DNA of 64,000 nt, taken from assembly GCF_009834535.1 (NCBI RefSeq), contig NC_045697.1, forward strand, positions 63,180,001 through 63,244,000, in the 5' to 3' direction. The translations under genes and the position numbers were made by a program. Below the pieces are notes generated by a model. The model saw nothing but the letters and a program-made list of their open reading frames with translations. It was not told where the DNA came from and ran no database searches. Source of the DNA: Camelus ferus. Lineage: Eukaryota. Below, in pieces: positions 12,775-26,130 of the stretch. The first letter of the stretch is position 1. The number at the start of each line of letters is the position of its first letter.

Positions 12775-13162
12775 TGTGTAACTTTGCTGGAGCTGCCATA
12801 ACAAAATACCAAGGACTGGGTGGCTTAAACAGCAGAAATTTATTTTCTTACAGTTCTGTAAGCTGGAAGTCCAAGATCAAAGTGTAAGCAGGTTTGATTT
12901 GTCCTGAAGCCTTTCTCCTTGGCTTGCAGATGGCTGCGTTCTTCCTGTGTCCTCCCGTAGTTGTCCCTCTGTCTGTATTGTCTGTCCTAATATCCTCTTA
13001 TAAGAACACCAGTCACATTGGATTAGGGCCCACCCTTATGAGCTGATTTAACTGTAACTTCTTCTTTAAGGGTACTACCATCAAAAATAATTACATTCTA
13101 AGGTACTAGGGGTTAAGACTTCAGATTATGAATTTTGGATGAAAATAGTTGAGATCATAATA
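12775..13162 (-). mobile_element. MaLR solo LTR, MLT1B-like, with 5-bp TSD TTGGT
   Basis: gctgccataacaaaatacca..actgggtggcttaaacagcagaaatttatt...ggattagggcccaccct. TTGGT occurs at 12770-12774 and 13163-13167. Confidence 0.9.
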
Positions 13163-14710
13163 TTGGTCAATGAAATTCAAAATACAAGTATATAATTATT
13201 TAGGCCAATTTGAAGCTATGTCAGTTACTACCCTTTCACTATAAAGCACTTATTTTTTTAACCAATGTATTCTTGACTACTCGATTAAGATTCTCTCATT
13301 TGGATACTGCTTAATATACGCTAATAATAGTATCTTTATACCACCTCCTTTTTCTAAACTCTGAATTTTCCACAGTCAACTTCAGTTATGTTTCTTTTAT
13401 TGTTTCAGTATTGTTTTGTATTTTTGAGAGTGGCAGCTTATCTTTTGTTATCTATATTTTATAACATCTTTTTGATGCTATTATAAATAAGCAACTTATT
13501 CTCAGTGGGCTATTCCTGCCACAATATGTCATAGAGTGTCCAAGAAACAGTAGATTTTATTTACAGTTTAAATTATTAGATACCTTTTAATTAATACAGA
13601 TACAATGCAATCCAATGCAATCTAATACAGTAATAATTCCCTGTAACTTTCATTTACAGAAAGAAGCCTTTGTATTTGGGGATGTTTATCACCTTTGAAA
13701 CTGTGCTCTATTCACAGAAAACATGTGTTTCTAAAGTTTAATAATGTTTAATTCTATTTTTTACAGTGAGAATGGTTTATTTAAAATTCGCAGTATACTT
13801 ATTTTTAATCCCAAGAACTAAGGAGCTCAGTGTCCCTTTGATAATATCATTAGGCTTTCTTTAATGAATGTTTACTTTTTAAAATATAACTTAAGGTAAC
13901 ATTCAAATCAATGGAAAAAGTAATCTGAAATGTTGTGGCATCATTTAGTAGTTAGGTTGTTTTTCTTGATACCTTTTTTTTGTACTGTTGTTATTTCAAT
14001 CCTAGTCTTGAACTGTAAATTCTTGCTTTTCTTAACATATTCACTACCAATCTATACACAGATATACAAATCAGGACTTTATTCTTCACTCAAGAAGTTC
14101 TATTGCTGTGCATCACTGTTTTCCTTCAAGAATTCTCAATATACCGTTTGCTATTTGCCCTCTTAAGAAAAAAGATAAAGAAACATAATATAGCTCTAAT
14201 ATTTATGACATTGTGAAAATCAGTAGTTGATTTTTAATCTGATTGACATTTATTTCTGTTGTTCATCCCTCTTTAATCTAAAGCAAATGCTTGGGAAATA
14301 GTAACTGGATCCCCACTTCCAAACACAATGTAAATTAATGTCTCAGGATTGGCACTGTATATAAAAATTGTTTGAGAAGCAATTCACTCAATGTGTCAGA
14401 AGACTGTTACACAGATTTGAAAGATAAATATTAGAAAAAGAATCTAAAGGTTTAGTTCATACACGTCTATACGTTGGGAAGACCTCTGTGCACTTTTAAT
14501 AAGAATTAAATTTTTTATAGTAATTAATGAAATTTTTTATTGGGCTGATAGTTTTAAAGCTTATAAGATAATCAACAATTCCTGGGGTTCAGTTAAAGCA
14601 TTTCCTGTCTAATTTTGAGTTCTTTTTTTGCTTCATGGCATCTACATGTAGTTATTTCCTCAGTTTCTCAGTGATTTGGTTTCTGACTATTGATTTTGCT
14701 TTTTCTTCAG

Positions 14711-14804
14711 GATGTTTTGAATAATTTGGGCTCTTGTGAATTGGATGAAGATGATCTAATGCTTGATTTGGAATTTTTAGAGGAACAGAATCTTCGTCCT
14801 TCAG
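14711..14804 (+). CDS. CCSER1: Internal coding exon of CCSER1 (94 nt, phase 0 to phase 1): DVLNNLGSCELDEDDLMLDLEFLEEQNLRPS
   Basis: Branch-like CTGAC (14683-14687), polypyrimidine tract, TTCAG acceptor ending at 14710 and CAG|GTAAGT donor. The open frame matches the recalled CCSER1 motif NNLGSCELDEDDLMLDLEFLE. Confidence 0.95.
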
Positions 14805-15919
14805 GTAAGTGTTGAATAAATGCATAGTATCATACAACTCTGTTCCTAGTCATTTGGCTTCCATTGACAAGCTAAATATTATTTAGGCTGCATTCAGTAT
14901 TTTCTATCCCCAGTTTGTATATTCTGTGTGCAAGGCACATGGTAGGTACCCTGGACCCATGATTCTGGTGGTCTTAAATCTATTATGGAAATGTAAATTC
15001 TGTTGGAAGATAATTATAAAAGGAAAAAAAAACTATAAAACAATTACAACCCCATTTTTGTTTATAATACAACCAAATGAAAGTTTTGTGGATCTAGATT
15101 TACGCTTTCAAATCTTAAGCTACCTCAGTAATAACTGTGAAAGTTAGTGTTGATGCAGTAAGGTTGACCTCAAAATTAATAATCACCAGTAGCAATCACA
15201 AACACATACTCATAAACACATACATACACATAGTTATAGTGTAAGATAAATAAATTATTGCTGAATGAATTAAGAAGGGAGCCCCATTGTATTTGTAATA
15301 GTTTAAATTTTTATTAAAGCATAGAGTACAATGTCTTCAAATATCAAAATTACTCTCTTTGAAGTAGGAAATAGGAATTAATTTTTCAAATTTAGATATT
15401 TGACTAAAAAGGCAAGTTTTACTTATTTTTTTACTGCTAATAAAACCTTTAACATACTATTTTCCTGTTAAAGTAGAAGTAACATTAAACTTGAGCTTTA
15501 AAATCATGAGTCTTAGTGAATACATTTGAGAAAATCAATCTCTTGGACTTTATTGTTCATGTATTGAACTTTCAGGAGTTAGGCATAATCTCTAAGATTT
15601 TTTCCAGCTGTAATATTTTATGATGAATTTTTGTTTATGCAGTATTTTTATATTATAAGTAGTATCATATTAACAATTGTTTAAAAAGAGAAATAACAAT
15701 ATTTATACTTTCTTACATTCTATTTTAGGCTAATATCAAAAAGAAACTACTTAAAACTTTTTTTTCTGGTTAAATATGAATTTACAATAACCATTTCTTG
15801 AGACATTCTTCCTGCAGTTGATATGACAGATACTCTTTTGAAAATGTAGATTTTTCTCACTTTTATGCAGATACCTTATATAATTTTGGCATTCATGTGT
15901 ATTTATCTTTAAAGAATTA

Positions 15920-16918
15920 CACTTGGTGGCAATGTATACTTTTTTGGTGGGAGATTTGTCAATATCTAGGGAAACTATACATACATTTGCCTTTAGATCC
16001 AGCTATCCAACATCTAGAAATTCAATCCTAAAACAATGGAAATATACAAAATAATATATGCAAATAGCTATTTGTTGCAAAATATTTGCAAAAACAAAAT
16101 GGTGGAAACACCTCAAATATCCTTTAACAGAACATTTGTTGAATGTACAATGGTGTACTAAGCAGTCTTTAAAAGGAATAATGTTGATGTCTTTATGTGC
16201 TATGGCATGATTGTAAAGATATACTATCAATGGAGAACTTTGCAATAATGGATCAGACTGGCAGTACCTAAAATCATTGATCTCTAATGGCACTGTAAGT
16301 GTAACAACTAATCATTTTGTCCCTCTTAATGCAATGACTAGAGAAGTACACAGCAACACCACTCCTGCCCACAAGTAGTCTCTTAATTAAACCATGATTT
16401 TACAGGAGAGGTTGGAATGAGGGGAGAGGGAATGCTAAATGGCATGATGGGATTTCAGGCAAACAAATATAGGATGTAGAGAATTCTACAGGATAAATGG
16501 TCTGATTTCTTTAACAACAACAAAAAATGACATGATGAAAGTGGTAAATGCAATGTGACCCGTGTGTTGGCAAAACATAAAAACACTATACAAATATATT
16601 TCTGAATTCTCAAAGAAGTTTGAGTAGTGATGGAATTATTATCACAGAATTACTTTTTGGGGGGTGTTGAATATTTTTCTTTGGTTTTGTCTTTTAAAGA
16701 AAACACATTATAGAAATGTGTGTGGTTGAAACAATATGGTATCTGTGATTTGCTTTATCAACAAGTATAGAGGAGGAAATAGATGAAACAAAGCTGGGAA
16801 ATCATTGAAAATTATCAAAGCTGGGCAGTAAGTGCTGGAGGCATAAGTTTCATTGCTTAATTGTAGTATTTTCTCTATTTTGTGTATTTTAAAGATTTTT
16901 CACAATAAAAATAAAACC
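15920..16918 (+). mobile_element. Old L1 (L1MC/L1ME-type) 3' region
   Basis: ORF2-end/3'UTR-like motifs (ctagaaattcaatcct, ggaaacacctcaaatatcc) ending ttttcacaataaaaataaaa. Confidence 0.65.
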
Positions 16919-19856
16919 AAGTAATAAACAGAATTATAAATAACAGCAATCTCAGTTATGTTTGGTAAGCAATCATGATAGAGCAAAGGATGACTTAAAA
17001 TTATAAAGAGTTAGCTCAATTTATTTGCTTTGGAACAAAAATGAACATTTGTAAACTTTAGTTTCTCTTTTATAAAATAATGAGTGTTATGTACTTCATT
17101 AGTTTATTATTAAAAAAATGATATAACAAGTATGATGAATCTCCAGAGTCAGTTTCAACGTGCAGATAACTTCGTTGAAGCCAGAAATAGGGTACTTTAT
17201 GCATCAACTGAGTTAACAAAGTTGTTCATAAGATAAATGATGCTACTTTGCATATGTGAAATACAGTTCTAATAAATGAGATATTCCTTAAAGTGACTTG
17301 GGTTTGTTTAATGTTACTTAATAAAGTGTTTTTTGAAAACCAATTTCACTTTGGATGCCACAATATGGGTTTTTAAAAAAGCCACAAATATCTGTTTATA
17401 TATATAAGCTCAGAAAGAAGAACTTCTGGTTAAATTGGTTTGACACAATTTATTTTCTTTTTTAAGAAACATAATTAAAGGCTTTCTCAAAATGTAAGAA
17501 GCTCATTATTGATATTTGATATTGATAAAAAGCTCATTAATGCTAAACATTCTAAAATGATGGTTTAAATAAAAGTGATTTTCAAAAGTCTGAAAACTAA
17601 AATAATGATACAATTAAATTCTACTACTTACATTATTGAAAATCATAGAGGGTTTTAAAAAACTTCATTAGAACAAAACATTAATTTGGGGGTATAAGGT
17701 CTTATTAAAGCAAAGATTTATAGCAATTTATAATGAAGTTTACTATAATGGCCAAGATGAGTTTTGTGAAAGACCAGAGAAGTATTTTTGTTTTTAAAAT
17801 ATTAAGTCAGATGTTTCTAATAATTGTCATGTGTGGCATATATAAATTTTACTAGTTTAATATATAATTACTGATGGTTAGATTTGCAAAGACTAGAGAA
17901 ACCATGTATTGAAAGTGTAGGAATTCTGCTGTTCTTTTTTACTACAGTAATTAGTACATGGTAGATGCTCAATTGATATCTGTTAATGTGACTTTATTTA
18001 AAACATAGTCAGTCACCTTTGGACATGTGTATAATGAAAAAGATGAATTGAAAATAAAAACAAAAATTAGTGAAGTTCAATCATTTTCTTTTTACAGAAA
18101 ATCAATTACCTTTAATTAAGAAATCAGTTTTTCTGGACAAAACTTGAAAATCTGTAATTTAAAATTTTTTTCTGCATTTTTTTCCAAATGTATATTGGAC
18201 ACTTTATATTGAGCAATTTAACATGCAAAGAGGCATTCTAAAGGCCAATGGAATGCATAATAAATGTATATATGTTAATATTCATATATTAACTACTGTT
18301 GAAAGATACACTACTTGCAGTATAAACAATATGAGTTAAAGCATATCAACCAGCCAAGTGAAATATCAGAATAGCATAAGCAAAAGAGTTGTGTGGTTCA
18401 AAGTCTGTGTCATACAAATGCTCATATACTTCTACATTTGAATATACATCTGTGTATTTCATCATGTTGTTGTTGCATTTTGTGCTTATGACTTGTGCTA
18501 CATAAAGACTGCTATTACTGTAGTCATAATAATTTTGGACATCTTTTAATATGTATGTTATTTCATTCTTTGCTATCTGCATTTTCATCTAAAAATGAAT
18601 TATAAGTTTGCAGTTAGATTTTTAAAAGTTTGTTTTTGACCAGTGCTGTGAACAATTTGAATAAAATTCCATGAATTCTTTGAATATATAAATATACCTA
18701 TGGAGTCCTAAATGAACATACTTTCTTGCTAAAGAAAAGAGGTAGTATGAACACATTATAGTACAAATAAAATATTTGTTTAAAAGTGCAATAAGTAGAT
18801 ATTATCTTTTTGTTTAATGAAAGCAAGAAAGGACAATTTCAATGAAAGAAAAGTGTCTGAATTCAAAATGAGTTGCCAAAAGAGACTTGCTTTAAGGAAA
18901 AAAAAATAAAAGCAACTATTCTGAATAATTTATTCTGATCTTGGCATTATCTAATATTTTTGTAAATTCTAAGCTATGATTTTACATTTAAAAGCCTATG
19001 GATAAACCTTCCAGATGTCTAGTATGTTTTCTTAAATTAATGCTTAAGTTACTTTTCTGGAAAATATTTTTTTGAACAACTAATATGCATCATATTTAAA
19101 TACAAGATTATCAATTTGTTTAATACCAGACATTCCATTTTCCCTGTGGTAAAATATTATATTTATTATTTCTCTATTTAATAAATCATTTATAATGCAC
19201 ATATGACCACAGTTTTTTTTAATTTAAAAATATGAGATACTATCATTTATACATTGATAAACTTAAAAATATTAGGGACTCTTCTCATATTTTATATCTC
19301 TCATCACTCTTTTATTCATGTTTTTGCCACAAATTGAGTCATGCAAGATGTTAGCAGTGATGTTGGTTAGATATACCTCAACAGTCTTTTGAAAAATTAA
19401 AGCAGTAACAAAATTTACTAGCATTTAGTATGACTAAGACTCAGATAAGTGACCTTAACATTTTCTTTACACCGAAATACATGTTATGAACTATATAATT
19501 TGTCAAAGGAGAAATACCGGAAGTATATTTTGGCTGAATTTTTCTTCATGTAGTTTTACATTTTTGTGTTTAGGAATTTTTTCTATTAATTTAAACATCT
19601 TGCAAAATAATCATTTGAGAAAAACAGGATAATGATAAAAGAAAGATATGAAAAATAAGATGAAGCCACAGGTCAGTTTAGAGCACAAGTATTACCACAG
19701 AGAGCCAAAAATGCTAGTTGGAGTATACTGCTAGCATATGTGAAGAAAGAAACAGAACCAATTGCATTATTAAAACTATATACCGTGAATCATTCAATCA
19801 ATCAGCTAATGCATTTTTTTAAAATGAAGGAATTCTTGATACTAAGAACTGACAGA

Positions 19857-19988
19857 AGAGGGGGAGGGTATAGTATAGCTCAAGTGATACAGCACATGCT
19901 TCTTAGCATGTACAAGGTCCTGGGTTCAATTCCCAGTATCTCCTCTAAAAATAAATAAATAAATCTAATTACCTACTCGCCCCACCAA
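19857..19988 (+). mobile_element. Camelid-type tRNA-derived SINE with TSD
   Basis: ggggagggtatag..ctcaagtg (A box), ggtcctgggttcaattcccag (B box) and an aaataaataaat..taattacct tail. The TSD aagaactga(c/a)aga lies at 19844-19856 and 19989-20001. Confidence 0.88.
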
Positions 19989-20914
19989 AAGAACTGAAAG
20001 ATATTTTGCTCACATGTCTTTATAAAGTATAAATGATCTGACATCAAGAATAGTTTCCTCAGCAACTTCTTTCAGTACAAGCTGGTGGCATCATGCTACC
20101 AGTTCAGAGAAGAATTTCTAAATGGTGACACATCAGTGTAGCAAAAGCTGGGAGCTTTATAAAGATCTTGCTTAATCCAAAAATAAAATCTAGTTCCTCA
20201 TCCATAGTTCATATTCCTAGGATAATTTTAATGGTGAAAATAAAGTAAATGTTGTCAAGCATTTTCTTCAGACATAAGGTAATTACCATAAAGCCTGATA
20301 GAATATCTAATATGAAGCAGTGTTACTTCTTGATGAGTCCTCCAAAATGAACTGTTTGCAAAGTATTTAACTGTTATGTAACTGAATAAGATGTTTTCTA
20401 CAAATAGATGCAATCAAAACACCAGTTAAATATCAAACAGTGCATACTATTCAATAAAGAATAAGAATTTGAGTTTTGGTTTTGGAGCATTTAGTCTGTA
20501 GCTGTTCTTTTGCACAATAAACTAGAACAAGGTCACATGGCTGTTGAGGCTGCCTCTGGTGTTATCTTCATAGTGGCAGAAGCTGATGGGAAACATACAC
20601 CTGGCTAATTTGACAGTGAAGCATAATCATTAACTACATGAGTTAAAGTTAAAAGGAAAGAAGGCTGAAACACATCTTGGTGTTACCTGTTTGGAACATA
20701 TTCATTAAAATACTATTTCTCCAATTCTTTCCTTGACACTTTGTGTTAATACTAGGAGTGGGAGGAAAACTGGATGCCTACAATAAGCCATGCTCTTTTC
20801 TAAACTATCTCAAGTTATCTTCACAGTAGCTCTCTGAGAGGAAATTGCATTTTAAAGATCCATTCAAATTAAAGAGGCCACAAATTAATATCAAAAGAGA
20901 GCAGGCAGTTTGGA

Positions 20915-21115
20915 GACAGACACAGCTAAGTTAGAAGAGCAACTTTGCCACAGTAGCCTTTGGCAAGTGATCCAGTCTTTCTGAGCCCTTTCCCCTCATT
21001 TGTCAATTGGCAATAAAAATATCTATCTCAAAATATTATCCTACCCAAATGGATGACATATTTACACGTGAAGTGCCTTTCACAGTTGCCTAGAATAAAG
21101 TAGGAGCCCAGTACA
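20915..21115 (+). mobile_element. MIR SINE
   Basis: ttggcaagtga...tctgagcc..ttcccctcatttgtcaattgg core and a gtgccttt cacagttgcct tail. Confidence 0.7.
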
Positions 21116-22119
21116 ATTTGCATACTTATCTTGAACTCTTTAATTTCTTGTCAAAGAATTTGTCCTGTCACTGGTTATTTTTTGTAGTTCTTAATTTCTA
21201 AATGCTTCATCATTATTATATATATTTTTAAATATGCCTTCTGATTTGAATTTTTGTTATCTGTGTAACATATTAAATGGTGATTTGTTAGTACTAGTTA
21301 TTCAAAAATAAATTAAGTCACTTTGCTTATAATCCGTGATACATTTCCTTGTGTTCAAATCAATGTAATTAGATGCATGAAAACATTTTTTTTTAAATAT
21401 TAGTTGTGTCCAAAATACCACAACATATTTAAAATAGCAATTTTTCAGAGAAACAATAAATTTCTGTGTTAAATATTGTAAAACTTATTAACCCAAATTA
21501 TTAATGTTCAGAGAGAAAGCTAGGCTATTCCTTTGTATTAAATTTGATGTTTACAATTTGCAGATGAGTTACTCAATTGAAAATACATTTTAATTATTTA
21601 TCATTCTTTGATGAAAATAATGTAATGGTCATTTGGATGACTGGGTGAAGAAACTTTAAGTTGTTTTTGTTAGTTTATTTTGGACATTATATCTAAAAAC
21701 ACCTAGGGCATTGTCGCTTGCTATATGTCCAGATGCAAATGGGGAAGTAATGGCCCAATGATATCAATTAGGAATTAATTAGGTAGTTGTTAAATTATTT
21801 TGAGTTTGATGAACAAGCACTATAAAATTCTGCAGTGAGTTAGGAAGTCCTCCTGTGCCTATTAATTAAAGAGGTAATTTTTGTTATTAATTTTTATGGA
21901 TAATAGCACAGCAGAGCTGAGATGAAACCCTAGTGGCTTTGCTAATCTGAATGGTAATGTACAAATTGCAACAACATTCACACAGGGAAAATTATAAACA
22001 TCAACTATAAGTTTTTACAAGCTTTGGTATGTCTGGATCATAAAAACTGTGTGTGTGTAAGATATATTCAGTCTGATTATATAAAGCTAAGAAACATGAC
22101 ACTTAATTTTGGAAGAATA

Positions 22120-22345
22120 ACTTAGTAGCTGAACATCTGGACTCTGGAGTTAGACAAATTTTAGCCACAGTCAGGCTGTGTAAACATAAACAAATTACTG
22201 AATCTCTCTGAGCTTTGCTTTCTCATCTGAAAATGGGGACAATAAAAGTACCTTCATCATAAGTTTGTTGTGAGGAATAATAAAGCATAGCAGAATGTAT
22301 TGTCACATGTTTGGCATGTAATGTTTTAAGAATTATAGCTAATAC
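22120..22345 (+). mobile_element. MIR SINE
   Basis: ggactctggagttagac...aattactgaatctctctgagctttgctttctcatctgaaaatgggg...gttgtgagga. Confidence 0.85.
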
Positions 22346-22879
22346 TATTTATGCAGTATGCATGATAAAATATGATGTACCTGAGGATTAATAGGAATTT
22401 GATCTTGCCAGTTTTGATGACGTTTTCAGTCTCTTAGTGGAGGCTCTCAACCACATTTACAAGTGTAGTATTTCTCAAATTTTAAGTATAGAATACCACA
22501 AAATGAATGTTGTGACTATCATCAAACTTACACAATTATGGCATTAAATAAAATCACAGAACGATGATAAGTAGCATTTATTAAATCTATCTGCCAGGTA
22601 AATGACCTCTTTCACATTTAAGATAATTTAAACTTTGAGTGATAAAATATTATAGGTAATGGATGTCCCAAGGGAACTCAAACAAAGTTTTGTTAACTTT
22701 GCTCTGTGTTTAATCATTATGATTCTTTTGACTAATAAAATTAATTTATATAAATTTTAGAATAACAAGTACACTGAAGCTTTTGTTTCAGACTGACTCT
22801 TCTTCCTATTAACTTACTCAGTTATGGGCATCACTTATATATTTTTGCCTTTCACTTCATGCAAGAAGCTGAAATTCAC

Positions 22880-23115
22880 TTATATTTTACTGGAGCATCT
22901 ATGCTGTCCCAAGCGCTGGTCTAGACACTTAGCCATTTCTGTTTTTGCTTTGTTTGTAAGCCATAATTTGTAAGCACTTTGAATTACCCCATAATTCTAA
23001 AAACTATCTAGAAATGATTATTCTTGCTTTATAGATGAAGGAATGAAGACCCAGAAAAGTATCGTTATTGGTCCAGGATTACAGAGCCAGTAATGGCAGA
23101 ACTAGGGTTTAAATT
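22880..23115 (-). mobile_element. MIR SINE
   Basis: Reverse MIR core: tttatagatgaaggaatgaagacccagaa...gtccaggattacagagccagtaatggcagaactagg. Confidence 0.75.
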
Positions 23116-23359
23116 ATACTGTGGTGACTTCATGCTACCTAGTGTTTTCACAAAACAGATCTCTCAGTGAAGGTTAGTTACTAGAAGAAGCAGTTATAAT
23201 AAAAGTGCAAAATATTCTTTGGTAACACAGTGTTTGAGTAATACTATAGTGAGAACAGAATTGTGACATCAGTTGTCATTTCATAGGCTTCATGTCCTGG
23301 TGCTGTTGCTCTTTCTCATTTCTGCCTCAAAAGGCTTGGAGTACCTATTATCTGTTTGG

Positions 23360-23378
23360 TGGCCATTAGATGGCAGTC
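23360..23378 (+). promoter_or_regulatory. CTCF-like motif TGGCCATTAGATGGCAGTC
   Basis: One mismatch from the core CCACTAGATGGCAG. Motif match only, no occupancy evidence. Confidence 0.45.
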
Positions 23379-23389
23379 TTGTTCTGGTA

Positions 23390-23610
23390 ATGATGATAGT
23401 AACCCTGTCATACATTTGTATTCAGCTTTATAGTTTACAAGGGATTTCAAATATGTTATCTCATCAAATTATCACAATAACACTCTGAAATAGGTGTTAA
23501 TATATCCCAAGTACAGTAGAGGAAGCAAATACTCCGTGGTTAAAAACTTACTGAAGTTCATATAGCCGGTATTAACCCAGATCTTAACATTAAATGATAG
23601 GATTTTTTCA
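23390..23610 (-). mobile_element. MIR SINE
   Basis: gctttatagtttacaa...atgttatctcat...tcacaataacactctgaaataggt...acagtagaggaagc. Confidence 0.7.
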
Positions 23611-25659
23611 CTATCTTTCTGGATATCTTGCTGCTTCTAATTTTACATAGTACGATTCTAATGTATTTGGTTATATATTTTCTAAGGCCGTTGAAAATCA
23701 TAGTAACATCTTAGAAAAGGGTTGCTTCAAACAGGCACATTGGATGTGGTGAAAAATAAGTACCACTAGCAAAAAAGCAAAAGAAAAGGCAAAAAAGCTT
23801 TGAAAAGTAGACAGTCATAAGGCAGAAGAAATAGTATGGGGTCATTTGATGTAAGAACAGACATCTCCATTCACATCAGCAGGTCATGAGGCATTACTGT
23901 ATTGCAGTATATTTTTCTATTGCATTTAAAAAAAGTATTATAGCCCTGAATCATCAAGAAAAAAAGGTTATATTCTGCATACTCTGCATATGGTAAGCTA
24001 TATTATTCTCTTAGGAAATACATCTATCTGAACTGGGTTTTTTCCTCTTTAATATGTTAAGAGGAAAATTTTCTTAGTTCTTGATAAATTTTATCCAGAA
24101 AGTATCATTTTATAAAGATTCCAGATTGCAAAATTTTGAATATATTTTAAAATGCTTTTCATGTAATTTTTATATTTCTCCCCATACTTTTTCCCCAACT
24201 TCTTGCAAACGACTGACTAGACATAAGAAGAGTATGTGAGAAGGCTTACTAATTTCATTCTTTAAAAAGCAATAATTTATTTGTAGTCTACTGGCAGGAT
24301 ATAGGGATCACAATATAAGTTAAACTCAAGACTATTCAATTATCCATAGTATCTATTTTCAGGGTTGATAGTCCAAAATTTTAATGGTTTTATTTATTTG
24401 TTGTTTTTGGTTGATAAGTTCATTCACTGACCAATTAGTTAATTTGTTAATTTGGTTCTTCACTTTCAATTCCCATTTTTTAAATTTTAAACTTACTGTT
24501 TTTCAATATGACATGCACCTGGGTGCATTGTTTTTAGTATTTAGTTCACGATGTTAAAAGGAGTCCTTAAATGACAAAAGAAAGACTCTAAATGAAAGAG
24601 AATTTCAGATATTATGAATTCTGCTTCTGCTCCCCATGAATATTCAGAGTTAATGGTCTTGTTCAAGGTCACACAGTTAGTTTGTGGTAGAAACAGTCCT
24701 GTTAATATGAAATTGACTAGCTCCAGTTAGTAAGAACAATTGCTATTAAATTATTTTTATTATTGTTGCCAACAGAGTAAATCATTTGTATTTGTGGGTT
24801 TAAAAGTGACTGCTGTTTTGCCTGTCAGACTTCGCTATACTTCAAGAGGATTGCTTTAGCTACAAAGAAGGCTTTTAGATGAAACCATTTTTAAGATCTA
24901 ATCAACTGTAGTGGAAAAATGTTTACACATTCTGACCTAATTTAATATTAAATGACAACAGTCTTAATGAAGTCATAGAATTTACTTGTAACCTGCTATT
25001 GTGGCATTTCCTGCCGTTATAAACTCTCTTCTGCTGTGCAAAAGGGCAGTCAAAGGCCCAAGTTCATTAGAGGATACAGGCAAAGGAAAAGATTTCTTTC
25101 ATTCAGCGTGATTTTTCTGAAGCAATTAGAAAGAAAATATGTGTCTCAATATAAAATTTCATGGCCTTTTACAATTATGTGGTGACATCTCTGTACAATT
25201 GCTTTGAATAATGCCAGCAGCATCAGCTGCCACTATCCAAACGAACAAATAATTAAGAAAGCAAATGCTGGTCTTTCTTCTGAGGAAGTCGAATATTTAT
25301 GTTTTTAAAATTGTTCACCAACAAGAAGAATAACCACTGACATGAAATAAAATTTTCTACAGTGCCTGAGGCAGAAAAGAGAGAAATAATAATGAACATT
25401 CACGCTACTACAACAAATGAAGTAATTGTATACACTAAAAACAATTGCAGAGTTCCTTTCCCTTGGATTATAAGATCTTAATAGCATCATTTTATCAGGT
25501 GTCACTATGGCATCTTAACCCGTTTTTGTTCTGCTTCTCCAACTCATTAACCAAAGTTTCCAGAAGTTTACAGTGGAATAGGGGGTCTCTCATTCTTATA
25601 AGGACCACTTTTCTCTATAACCATACATCTTAGGATAGTAAGATAACTTAAATAAGACT

Positions 25660-26130
25660 AAGGCTTGTCTGAGTAGTTAGTAGATTTGAGTGAGCCATGA
25701 TACTGGTGTCAAACGCAGGCTCCCCAGCCTTTGAATAAGAAATCACTCACTTTACTGCTTACTAAAGTGAGGGGAAAATGCCACCTCCACTGAACTCTGG
25801 TTATCTTTTTGAGGGAAAAGAACAAGTTAGGATTTATTGAGATTTTGAATTTGGTTTAAGGCAGATCTTTCAATTTGAAGGCTTGATTGGAATTGAGTAA
25901 AGATCATGACGTAATATTTTCAAGAGTGTAAGATTTATGGAAGCAGCAAGAAAAGGATTTTAAGGTGAAAAGTTTAATGGTTCTTAGGGCATAAGCTGTC
26001 TGTTGATGCTTCCTAAAGAATTGATAGGCCTTTGGAAAACCCTGCAACGAATAATGAAGTTATTTGTAATAGTTAACTTATTCCAACAAAGACAGTGAAA
26101 TAGTAAAATGGTATTCCTATAGACAGTCAC
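25660..26130 (-). mobile_element. Old ERV-type LTR-like element, family uncertain
   Basis: Composition and motifs (aatcactcactttt, gttaggatttattgag, ttgattggaattgagtaa) resemble reverse ERV1 MER-type LTRs. Boundaries are approximate. Confidence 0.35.

Noticed and set aside
14652..14837. 61-aa minus-strand ORF
   Set aside because: Antisense shadow of the real CCSER1 exon.
19861..19945. tRNA-like A/B boxes
   Set aside because: It has an A-rich tail and TSD and no intact cloverleaf, so it is a SINE rather than a tRNA gene.
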